The notes under the pieces: generated by a model
Database searches by the model: none
What the model was told of the DNA's origin: nothing
Seen by the model: the letters and a program-made list of their open reading frames with translations, nothing else
Virus record (IMG/VR): IMGVR_UViG_3300032315_001715
Coordinates: 124,001-188,000 of that record
Strand: one strand, 5' to 3'
Length of the DNA stretch: 64,000 bases
Program-made: the position numbers and the translations under genes
Shown here: in pieces, positions 18,500 to 27,057 of the stretch
Numbering within the stretch: position 1 is the stretch's first letter
How the letters are laid out: each line of letters starts with the position of its first letter

Positions 18500-19914
18500 T
18501 ATCTCCTCACTAATGCCGTTAAGCTACTAAGATCCTTGATGCTCTTGGTAACATCCATCTTTGGCGGATCTTTTTCTTCCTTCTTCGCCGCAGCAGCATT
18601 CTTCCTGCGAAGATCGGTAAACACGTCTGCTGACTTTCCGCCACCATTTATTATCTGTACGTCTTCCTCGCTGTCAAAGATTCGAAGAGTATTTGGATCA
18701 AATCCTAGATTTACCTTGCTACCAACACCACTGGAACTTCTGGTCTTGAGAAACTGTATTTGATACTGTCCCCGTTCCTTCATTGCTGCACTGGCAAAGA
18801 TTGATATCACGTTGTCAGCAGTTTGGATCTTGGAAATACCACCCGAGATATGGCTGTGATCGTGCTCCTGTTCCTGTACCGCACCTCGATTCAACTGTGC
18901 CGCGGTTTGTCCAATCATCTGGCGCTCGACCATCAATCCCCGAAGCTCCTCGGTGACAAACTTATCCTTAACGAACAAATTGCTAGGATCGATCTTCTTG
19001 TTGTTAGGGAACAACAGATCTAGATAATCAACCACCAACACATCGGGTCTCTTGCCGGTTTCAATTTCATAGTTTTTGAGGTATGCCTTGATGTCGTTGC
19101 AGGTGCTACCCTGTGGCATCTGTTTGACATGCATGCTACCGCTTTTCTTACCAGCCTGGGCAACCTTGATTTCGACCTCATCAATCCTTCGAAAGATTTC
19201 TTTTGTTGATATCTCACTTAGCATCGAGTCCATTCGCATTGAGCACAGTTCTTCGCTAAGTTCCAGCGAGATGTAGATCGCGTTGAGTCCTTGCTTGGCA
19301 AAATTGATTGCGATGTTTTGCAGGAAGAGAGACTTACCGACACCGGAACCGGCACACCATATGGTTATTTCTCCTCGATTTACACCGCCGTATAGCTTGT
19401 CATCAACGGACTTCCATCCGGTACTAATCTGTCCATTTTTGTCCTTGATCCGCATGAGACGCGCTCGCGGATCCTCAAAATAGTTGGTACCAAGATCACT
19501 CTGCAGGCTAATCAAAATGGCTTCTCGCACACGCCGCTCCAATTCCCCGTATTGCCCCTTTTCAATTAGATCAGTTGCACCCAAAACCGCGTTTGCTAGT
19601 GCTCTGTTTTTACAAAACTCCTCTATTTCATCTAAGAATGATTCTTGATGCTGCACGGCTATATCAGCAACATGGATGAATTTTAGTCCAGTTTCTGCGT
19701 TAACCTGTTCAATCTTTGGTAGAACGCTGTATTTTTCCGCATGCTTCAGCATGAATCTAACGGCTGGTCTAAGCCTGTTAACAAAATATTTGTCATTTAA
19801 TATGTTCTGACAGCGAGCAAACACTTCTTCGCTGCTGAGCAACACATCTATCAGCAACTTCTGCTTCTCTTCGGAGTATTCCTTGATTTCTTCTGGATCA
19901 GTTGATATAGCCAT
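18499..19914 (-). CDS. gp41: Replicative DnaB-like helicase (T4 gp41-like)
   Basis: Walker A AGSGVGKS, VVDYLDLL, QLNR motifs. Confidence 0.92.
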   Translation of the reverse strand: MAISTDPEEIKEYSEEKQKLLIDVLLSSEEVFARCQNILNDKYFVNRLRPAVRFMLKHAEKYSVLPKIEQVNAETGLKFIHVADIAVQHQESFLDEIEEFCKNRALANAVLGATDLIEKGQYGELERRVREAILISLQSDLGTNYFEDPRARLMRIKDKNGQISTGWKSVDDKLYGGVNRGEITIWCAGSGVGKSLFLQNIAINFAKQGLNAIYISLELSEELCSMRMDSMLSEISTKEIFRRIDEVEIKVAQAGKKSGSMHVKQMPQGSTCNDIKAYLKNYEIETGKRPDVLVVDYLDLLFPNNKKIDPSNLFVKDKFVTEELRGLMVERQMIGQTAAQLNRGAVQEQEHDHSHISGGISKIQTADNVISIFASAAMKERGQYQIQFLKTRSSSGVGSKVNLGFDPNTLRIFDSEEDVQIINGGGKSADVFTDLRRKNAAAAKKEEKDPPKMDVTKSIKDLSSLTALVRR

Positions 19915-19915
19915 G

Positions 19916-20959
19916 TTATCCTCTTAATAGTTGTCGTGTAAAACCGATCTTAAGCTGGCTGCTAGTTTTTGCATCTAGTATGCTGGCTAACGTATAAAGC
20001 CTTCCGTATATCTTGGATGCATCGGCAGCATCCTTGATTTTTTCTTCCCAATCAGGGAAGCTTACGCTCCATCGTTGTTCTAAGGCAATGTCGATTAGAT
20101 CCTGATTTTTTGCCTGTCGATCAGGAACCACTATCTTCTCCTTGTCGGTACTGTTGAGCCATGCGATCTGAGATTTGTTCAATGTGCTACCAAGTGCCCC
20201 AACTCCATTGGTCGCTATAGCGTCAAATGGTCCCTCGTGTATCAATACAAATTTTCTATTTTTGGCAAATATAGCATCGCCATTAAACAGATAGCCCGAA
20301 GGGATATCACTGTTGTGATATTTTGAGATACCACTAGGAGGTTTTCCAAAATATCGACCAGTCCAACCGACGATCTTATTTTTGTGCTTGAATGGGATGA
20401 TGATCCTATGATGTAGGTTTACCTTTTTCCCTGCTATGCCGGGAAAGTTAGGAGACCAAAAATATTCCCAGTTTTCTGAGACCGCACGACCTCGACCTAT
20501 TAGGTATTCCAAACACGATACCATGGCATCGGGCGGAGACTCTTCTGCCACCCAATCTGCGAATAATCTGGCTTCGGTCGGAAGCTTGACCTCAGGAAAA
20601 TCCTCAATCTTAAACCAATTGTTTTCTTCAATGGTTTCAAGCTCGCCACTGAGTTTTTTGCTGAGTATTTCTAACTTAGCTTGCTGTATCTGTTCTTGTG
20701 GGACACCGAGCCATCCCATCCATGCCTCAAATTGATGGCCAACATCCCCGCCCTTATAGCCTGTCTTGAATCCACAGTTATAACAGTTATAGACCATGGT
20801 GCCATCTGGCAATGCTAGGAAATTACCCCTGCTTCTGGTTTCAACAGCGTGTCCCCGATGATGGCAACATACCGAATTAAACTGCCACCATCCCTTGGTG
20901 TTTTGCCGGCGTTTCGGTGGTAAGTTGGTCTGTACCAATTGATGTAATAGGAGTGCCAT
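19916..20959 (-). CDS. gp61: DNA primase (T4 gp61-like)
   Basis: Zn-ribbon CCHH...CYNC; TOPRIM HEGPFDA...PD. Confidence 0.88.
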   Translation of the reverse strand: MALLLHQLVQTNLPPKRRQNTKGWWQFNSVCCHHRGHAVETRSRGNFLALPDGTMVYNCYNCGFKTGYKGGDVGHQFEAWMGWLGVPQEQIQQAKLEILSKKLSGELETIEENNWFKIEDFPEVKLPTEARLFADWVAEESPPDAMVSCLEYLIGRGRAVSENWEYFWSPNFPGIAGKKVNLHHRIIIPFKHKNKIVGWTGRYFGKPPSGISKYHNSDIPSGYLFNGDAIFAKNRKFVLIHEGPFDAIATNGVGALGSTLNKSQIAWLNSTDKEKIVVPDRQAKNQDLIDIALEQRWSVSFPDWEEKIKDAADASKIYGRLYTLASILDAKTSSQLKIGFTRQLLRG

Positions 20960-20996
20960 AGGCGTATTTTATGTGCATCCTGTTGGTAGGCACAAG

Positions 20997-21815
20997 TTAG
21001 CTCTTGTATAGCACCTTGTCAAACGACCCCGTGTTAATAGGGTCAATCTTGTAAAACATTCGTATCCAATAATAATTTCCGGTCAGATTAAACACTTTGA
21101 TCCGTGGGCTATCCTGGGAAGTATATTGGAAGTAGTTGTTGATCGGCGTTAATGGTATATCAAACCAGTCACCAACCTGGGGTGCTTGGGTGGTTAGGCT
21201 GCCTTGTATCCAGAATTTTCCTTGAAAGTTGTTGGAAGTATATGCCACAATGGTGTGCATACCGTTGGTACGATTATCTTGTGCATCACCGACCAATGCA
21301 CCGGTGCTCCAAGTGTTTTCGTATTCTCCCATTGGGATCGGGGTAAAGGAAGTTGCCTTGATTTCCAGTGCAGGAGCCAACGATATGCTCATTCCTTCGA
21401 TCAATTCAAAGGTACCAAATGTGCTGCGATTGATATCAGTATAAAGATACTCTTGCTTACCGGTTACATCAGTTAACCGAATCGTATAACGATAATAGCC
21501 GGCTAGCCATGTTTCGATTTCACCAGTGTACAATGTTAACCGGCATTTACCGGTCTTATCATCGGTCGGTTGGACAGGCTTTTCAAGAAGAAGCTCCGGC
21601 TGCTCAACCCGTTGTATCAACGCTTCGATTTGGTACCCAACCAGATTTACTGGTTTGCGGTCATTGTTCCTCACTTGGAAATCAATGGTATTCGTTGCGC
21701 CTTTGTAAATCTTGGTGTTGTACTGTATCATCGGTCCATTTATGTTTGGGACATTCCTATCGGTTTGCCACAGCTGGACGTATTCCTTGAATTTGAATAA
21801 TACTTGGTCAGCCAT
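20997..21815 (-). CDS. Probable baseplate/structural beta-rich protein
   Basis: YKGATNTIDFQVRNNDRKP pattern; TAAATA at 21841-21846. Confidence 0.45.
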   Translation of the reverse strand: MADQVLFKFKEYVQLWQTDRNVPNINGPMIQYNTKIYKGATNTIDFQVRNNDRKPVNLVGYQIEALIQRVEQPELLLEKPVQPTDDKTGKCRLTLYTGEIETWLAGYYRYTIRLTDVTGKQEYLYTDINRSTFGTFELIEGMSISLAPALEIKATSFTPIPMGEYENTWSTGALVGDAQDNRTNGMHTIVAYTSNNFQGKFWIQGSLTTQAPQVGDWFDIPLTPINNYFQYTSQDSPRIKVFNLTGNYYWIRMFYKIDPINTGSFDKVLYKS

Positions 21816-21880
21816 GGTTTACCGTTTTGCCTCACTGGATTATTTATCCATAAATATCATCACATTATCGGCAGGCACCC

Positions 21881-22255
21881 ATGACACCAGAAACTCACAA
21901 GATCTTACAAGAGAAGTTCCCATTTCTAACCATAGTCACGTACTTAAACAAAGAATACATCGGAATCATGCAGCATTCAGATGACAGCTTTGTCAGCTTA
22001 TACGTGCTAGATGGCGGTTTTACCCAACAGATGAAAAAAGATTTTCTAACCTGTGGGGAAACTTGGTGGTGGGAAAGCAATAGAACCATCCCGATCAATC
22101 TATTCCTCAGGGAAAGATTTAGAACGTTCAAGCCTTGGTTACGGACTTTCGCTAAAAAAGAAACCACCGTGATTGAAGGCCCGACGATAAACATGTTAGA
22201 CCTAATCAATCGACGGTTGAAAAAAAGAACCATTCAGTTGGTTAAGAACCCGTAA
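21881..22255 (+). CDS. Conserved-type hypothetical protein
   Basis: WWWESNRTIPINLFL; TAAATA at 21851-21856. Confidence 0.6.
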   Translation: MTPETHKILQEKFPFLTIVTYLNKEYIGIMQHSDDSFVSLYVLDGGFTQQMKKDFLTCGETWWWESNRTIPINLFLRERFRTFKPWLRTFAKKETTVIEGPTINMLDLINRRLKKRTIQLVKNP

Positions 22256-22277
22256 TTAGTCCCCACCCAATTGCGAG

Positions 22278-22757
22278 TTAGTTTCCGAGTGACGTTACGG
22301 TCACAGTAGCCTTTAGCTTACCGTCCTTGTCAACAAAGACATTGGTCTTCTTACCGACCTTGGCTTCCTGCTTATGAGCATCTTCCAGCGCGTCGCTCCA
22401 CTTCTGCCAAATTTCCACGCTGCTCCATGCAAATAGCGCAGCGTCGTCTGGTTCAGCAAAACGCACCCAAGCTGTAACCACTTGCTTGCCATCCGTGTCA
22501 GATAGCTCTGCCGTGAGATTAAACTTGCCATTGCAGTTATACAGTGAATTAAACGTCGGTGCCCAGTCGTCCTTTTTGATTCCCGGACTACGAAATAAAT
22601 GTCCGGTCTTAATCTTGGTATCAAGACCGGCTAGAGGGTCTGCCGGATTGAATCCTTCAGTGAGGATCTCCTTGTAGGTGCCGCTGGTATTTGCCAGCGT
22701 GATGGTGGTACCAAACATATTGGTTTCGCGAACAAATTTAAGCTTCGAGGTTGCCAT
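22278..22757 (-). CDS. Hypothetical protein, probably early
   Basis: SD GGAG; perfect TTGACA -35 upstream. Confidence 0.55.
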   Translation of the reverse strand: MATSKLKFVRETNMFGTTITLANTSGTYKEILTEGFNPADPLAGLDTKIKTGHLFRSPGIKKDDWAPTFNSLYNCNGKFNLTAELSDTDGKQVVTAWVRFAEPDDAALFAWSSVEIWQKWSDALEDAHKQEAKVGKKTNVFVDKDGKLKATVTVTSLGN

Positions 22758-22783
22758 GATGATCTCCGTTTGTTTAACTTTAA

Positions 22784-23395
22784 CTAATCAGCGTGAAATG
22801 TCAATGCGTTTTCGACCAATAGATTAGCATGTACCTTGACCAACATGGCGTATGAAAATGCATGGGCTTTTTTAAAAGCATACGACCCGTCATTGGTTTC
22901 CGTCCAAATATCACCGGCTATTGACGAAAATCCCTCACGCTTGCATCGATCCACCAGGTGCTTTTTACCAGGTCGTATCAGCGCCAGTATCATGGCTATC
23001 TCCATAATGGATGCCGGTTTTAGATCCGATACCAGCTTATGGTGGTTACCAAGATGTATCAGCTGCGATGTGAACTCGTGGTGCTCCAGCAAGGTCCAAT
23101 CTAACTCCGCCGACATCAGTTCCAGCAAATGATTTTCGCTTTTGATCTTTTCGTAAACACCAACATTAAGTAGATCAAATTTGTACCAGCCGCGCTGCTC
23201 GGCAGTTTCATAGTGCATGCTAGCAAATCCGGTCATTGGATCGGTTGGAACTAGATGGAAGTAAACTCCGGTATTGTGTCGATCGATTTTGTTGTTTCGT
23301 ATCATGCTAGCCGGTGTGTGGTCAAGAACCGACAGTGCCTTGGTTCGATCAGCAAAATCGATATCGATATCGCCAGCATGGCGGGCGGTGGTCAT
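22784..23395 (-). CDS. Minimal DnaE-like (family C polymerase) catalytic-core protein
   Basis: GDIDIDF, H(N)TGVY, YKFDLL, LALIRPG and FKKAHAFSYA match DnaE motifs in order. Confidence 0.7.
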   Translation of the reverse strand: MTTARHAGDIDIDFADRTKALSVLDHTPASMIRNNKIDRHNTGVYFHLVPTDPMTGFASMHYETAEQRGWYKFDLLNVGVYEKIKSENHLLELMSAELDWTLLEHHEFTSQLIHLGNHHKLVSDLKPASIMEIAMILALIRPGKKHLVDRCKREGFSSIAGDIWTETNDGSYAFKKAHAFSYAMLVKVHANLLVENALTFHAD

Positions 23396-23694
23396 TGGTA
23401 ACTGATCTTGTTATCTAGCTCAGATACGGTTTCTGCAATCACACGATCCGTTCGATTGATCCTTGAGTGCAGTTGCCTAATCTCTTGTTCAAGTATAGAT
23501 ATTTTAGACTGCATGATCTTGACCATGTTCTCAACATCAACTATCACCGACGGATCAACCACAACAACCCGATTACCATCAATCGTTACCTCCGTTAGCT
23601 TACCGTTGCGGCGAAACAACGCACCTTTTTTTACGGCCATATGTTCCGTATCATCATCCATATCGTTATACATGCTGGCTAAGTTTTCGTCCAT
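23392..23694 (-). CDS. Hypothetical coiled-coil protein
   Basis: Heptad-like C-terminus; overlap with the next gene. Confidence 0.55.
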   Translation of the reverse strand: MDENLASMYNDMDDDTEHMAVKKGALFRRNGKLTEVTIDGNRVVVVDPSVIVDVENMVKIMQSKISILEQEIRQLHSRINRTDRVIAETVSELDNKISYQ

Positions 23695-23697
23695 CTG

Positions 23698-24384
23698 TTA
23701 CATCCCACTTTCTCTTAGTGCTGTTCGTATGAAATCACAGCTATCCGGATATCGATTGAATTTGATCTTCCACGGCCCAGGCGCTGCACATCCCTTGATC
23801 ATTGCTATCTGTTCCGGTGTACATCTTTCGAAAAGTTCCACGGCACTGTCAACATTATATAGCACCCATGGTGATATCCTGCCGCTTTTGATCCACATGG
23901 TTGCTTGATTTGGATTCACCTTTCGAAAAAAATCATACCAAGGTTCTCCGGTCTGCATGCTCCATTCGTTCATTAACAGGACATTTCTCTCTAATGCCTG
24001 TTCGGCGGTTTCCTGTCTGGTTAGCTCCCTGATATATTGCTCGTAAACAAAATCATGCGTCCATTTATCTATCGGAAGATTGTTTTTGATCACGTAATCA
24101 ATCAGCTTTGCGGGTTCAACGGCATTTAGATCTCGCATGTGTCGACCAAATTTCATGAAAGCGTTGTGGTACTGGCTGTCTATGAAATTGCGATAACTGC
24201 TGCGATATTCCTTGCTTTTGCCAAAGCTGTTAAGCTCATAAAATCGACTCCATGCCATGAATCCAAGCCGTGCATGCAGCTCATCCTTTTGGAACCATCG
24301 TCGTTTTTTTTCACAGCTATGATTTACCAAAGACATTTCTTTGACAAATTCTCTCTTGCAAAATTCGCAGGCGTGCTTGGTCAT
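23698..24384 (-). CDS. C2H2-type zinc-finger protein
   Basis: CEFCKREF...H.C; start at MTKH by ATGA overlap. Confidence 0.6.
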   Translation of the reverse strand: MTKHACEFCKREFVKEMSLVNHSCEKKRRWFQKDELHARLGFMAWSRFYELNSFGKSKEYRSSYRNFIDSQYHNAFMKFGRHMRDLNAVEPAKLIDYVIKNNLPIDKWTHDFVYEQYIRELTRQETAEQALERNVLLMNEWSMQTGEPWYDFFRKVNPNQATMWIKSGRISPWVLYNVDSAVELFERCTPEQIAMIKGCAAPGPWKIKFNRYPDSCDFIRTALRESGM

Positions 24385-24881
24385 GCCGTTTGCTTCTTCC
24401 AAGCCTCCACCAGTTCCTTGACCTTTGCATCATTTACACCGCTTGACTTGACGAATTCGGTCCAACTTTTGGTATCATGTTGCGACCGAATGATCTCAAG
24501 CTCGTCATCACTAAGATCCGGCCATATTTCCAATAACCAAGAATCAATCTTGCTACTGGTCCGTCGGCCTCGTTTGGTTGCCATCCAAGGTCGATATTGC
24601 TTGCCTCCAAGACCCGTTAAACACAGCAGGAGATGTTGCAATTCCGGATGCTTGCCGAGTTCCCAGAGACCAATGTTCACTAGATCATTTGTTGCAATGA
24701 TCGAATATGCTGCGTTGCTGTTTTGATCAGTTAACGAGCTCATGTACCGCATGAGGACCAGCGGGGAATAACCCTTCTTTTCTTCTTCCGTTAGCCGGGA
24801 ATAAAAACCGAGATCTCGTCGATCCAGTGCTTGTAATACCGACATTAAATCAAGCTTGTAAGCTTTTTTAGCTGCCATCAT
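24381..24881 (-). CDS. Putative clamp-loader small subunit (T4 gp62-like)
   Basis: YSPLVLMRYMS...N...QHLLL...KQYRPW pattern; replication neighbourhood. Confidence 0.45.
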   Translation of the reverse strand: MMAAKKAYKLDLMSVLQALDRRDLGFYSRLTEEEKKGYSPLVLMRYMSSLTDQNSNAAYSIIATNDLVNIGLWELGKHPELQHLLLCLTGLGGKQYRPWMATKRGRRTSSKIDSWLLEIWPDLSDDELEIIRSQHDTKSWTEFVKSSGVNDAKVKELVEAWKKQTA

Positions 24882-25090
24882 GATTTCCCATCATCAATAC
24901 GATCCCAGCAATCCCACCACGGACCGTGCATCGCCGTTCTTTCCCTTGATTCAACAGACACGGCCGAATCAAATTTGGTTTCAGGATCATCCAAATGTTT
25001 TGAAGCCTCTGCCCATGAGAGATCCTCGTGTATGATCTCTCGCCTGTCATCTCTGATATAATATCGAAAAATTTGAAACCTGTCTGGCAT
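24878..25090 (-). CDS. Small hypothetical protein
   Basis: 70 aa; ATGA overlap with the next gene. Confidence 0.5.
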   Translation of the reverse strand: MPDRFQIFRYYIRDDRREIIHEDLSWAEASKHLDDPETKFDSAVSVESRERTAMHGPWWDCWDRIDDGKS

Positions 25091-25252
25091 TTTAACACCT
25101 CATCGAAGCTACATTGTTACTTAAGGCCATTGATATCGCAAGAGCCAAATATCGGTACATTTATCTGTTGAGCAGCTAAATAGAATTAACGTTGTAACGA
25201 TTATGCGGTTCCCAGCCGCGTAGCCCTAGAACGGCAACAAAGGAGAAACAAC

Positions 25253-26347
25253 ATGGGACGCCCCGTTAACAAGAGATATATCGGCAACACCAGCCAGTCT
25301 GGACAGCAGATACAAGCCACCGCATATTTTGGCGGTGCCACCGGACCAGTGACCGCTTGGATCAACAAGCAGGTTGCTACCAATACCTATGAGATGATCG
25401 CCCAAGACGGACTGTCTAGGGGAAGAGTGCAGCTATCCCAGGGAGGAGTTGCATTGCAGCCGGGCGAGGCCAACATCACCGTGACGCCATACGGTGCCGG
25501 TGGGTCCGGAGCCGTAGCAGCAAATTCCAACCTCGGTGTCAACACAGCATCAGTGGCCACGGCCGGAACCGGTGATACCACACGCTTCTATGTTCCAGGA
25601 GAGATCATCTATCCAAGCAGCGGCACGGCATCTGCGCGAGCCAATCTAACCGTCTCCGGAGTAACCCTAGGCAGCGCAATCGCAAATGCCGGGTCCGGAC
25701 CTGGATACACCGCAGGGGATCAATTTATCTGGGGCTATGCCGGATACGAGACCCCAGTTGTTGTCACGGTTGCTAGCACCACCGGCAACGGCAACATAAA
25801 CGGATTAACATACACCACACCCGGGTATGTCACCAACGTCAGCGTGACCAATACCACACCTTATAGCAGCCGCGTTACCGCCAATGCATGGGCCACCGGC
25901 GCCACGTTTAATGTTCGCTGGGACGTTGCATCACTGTCCATCACCGATAGCGGCGACTACAGTTCTGCCCCAGCAAATCCCGTTGCCCTTACCGGCAGCG
26001 CCAAGGGAACCGGTGCAACCGCAACCGTTGGTTGGGAAGTTGCATCGGTAAGAATGACCAACGGCGGCAGCGGATATCAGTACGTTGTTGTTGATATTGC
26101 TGGCGATGCGCAAGCACTTGGCACCGTCAATGCAGCCGGAAGCGTAAGCGGTGTTACCGTTACACACCCAGGAAGTGGTTATACCAACTCGGCGCCGGCA
26201 GTTACGATTTCCCCGCTAGCAAGCGTTGAGTATGCCGCCGAGATAAGGAATCTCACGGTAACCACCTTTACTAACAATAACACATACGAGTGGGTCGATA
26301 GCACCGGTACGCCAACCAGCGGACAGGCCAAGCTGCAAACCTCGTAA
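25253..26347 (+). CDS. Virion protein with GSGY-type repeats
   Basis: MGRP.NKRY N-terminus; TAAATA at 25177-25182; strong SD AAGGAG. Confidence 0.65.
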   Translation: MGRPVNKRYIGNTSQSGQQIQATAYFGGATGPVTAWINKQVATNTYEMIAQDGLSRGRVQLSQGGVALQPGEANITVTPYGAGGSGAVAANSNLGVNTASVATAGTGDTTRFYVPGEIIYPSSGTASARANLTVSGVTLGSAIANAGSGPGYTAGDQFIWGYAGYETPVVVTVASTTGNGNINGLTYTTPGYVTNVSVTNTTPYSSRVTANAWATGATFNVRWDVASLSITDSGDYSSAPANPVALTGSAKGTGATATVGWEVASVRMTNGGSGYQYVVVDIAGDAQALGTVNAAGSVSGVTVTHPGSGYTNSAPAVTISPLASVEYAAEIRNLTVTTFTNNNTYEWVDSTGTPTSGQAKLQTS

Positions 26348-26385
26348 ACACATGCCCTGACCCAAAAGGTCCAGGCAGACTCGGC

Positions 26386-26426
26386 GAGCCCCCGATGATT
26401 AGCCCGAGCGAAATCATCGGGGGTTC
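26386..26426. terminator. 15-bp hairpin between convergent genes
   Basis: gagcccccgatgatt / aatcatcgggggttc with an 11-nt loop. Confidence 0.6.
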
Positions 26427-26432
26427 TGCTGA

Positions 26433-26933
26433 TTAGAACATTTTACGTATGTCTAGATTATCCGGAATCTTGTTGGTATCCTTGACAAAAAACGCACATA
26501 TTGGATTATCGCCTTCTTCAAGCGGTATGGTAAGCAGGTGACCATTTTTGAGCTTGGGAAAATACCATTTAACGTCTGGCCAGGTGTTGATTATTTCTAT
26601 CCTTAGAAATTTCGGCATGTATCCCTTGATCGGGTTAAAGCAAAATGCATCAAAATCCTTATCCATGAGATATACCAATGGCATGATTTCTAAATCTCCT
26701 AGATTCATATCGCCAATGATCAAGCTCCAATCAAGCGGCATCTGTATGTTATGATGCCCGATGCGCAGGTCTATGCAGGGACTATGGAAGCTCTCGAGAA
26801 AAATCAAAGGGAGAAAGTAATAGTCCACATCATGTTGATTTGAGTAGTCTAAAACACAGTATCGTACATCATCCACTTTATCTGGTATTTGATTTATCAA
26901 ATACGCCTTGTTTTCGTTGGTTAATATCCTAAT
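26433..26933 (-). CDS. Conserved-type hypothetical protein with a probable AUU start
   Basis: SD AGGAG 7 nt upstream of in-frame ATT (26933); TAAATA at 26982-26987; the ORF track start is TTG 26900. Confidence 0.65.
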   Translation of the reverse strand: MRILTNENKAYLINQIPDKVDDVRYCVLDYSNQHDVDYYFLPLIFLESFHSPCIDLRIGHHNIQMPLDWSLIIGDMNLGDLEIMPLVYLMDKDFDAFCFNPIKGYMPKFLRIEIINTWPDVKWYFPKLKNGHLLTIPLEEGDNPICAFFVKDTNKIPDNLDIRKMF

Positions 26934-27057
26934 GGTACGTCTCCTGCTAGATATAACTATAGCTTAAATGCCTAAGAATTATATTTACGCAGGTAAACGT
27001 ACCATCGGATGTTATATGGTCATCGATCTAACTGATCAAGCTGATAATTTTCAGAGG

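Noticed and set aside
25093-25161. 22-codon minus-strand ORF (MYRYLALAISMAL...)
   Set aside because: Too short, with no SD and no supporting motif.
26354-26430. Assignment as a known ribozyme (pistol, hammerhead, HDV)
   Set aside because: TTAGCCCGAGCG only loosely recalls the pistol core and the required P1 and junction residues are missing. Kept only as an unexplained structure.
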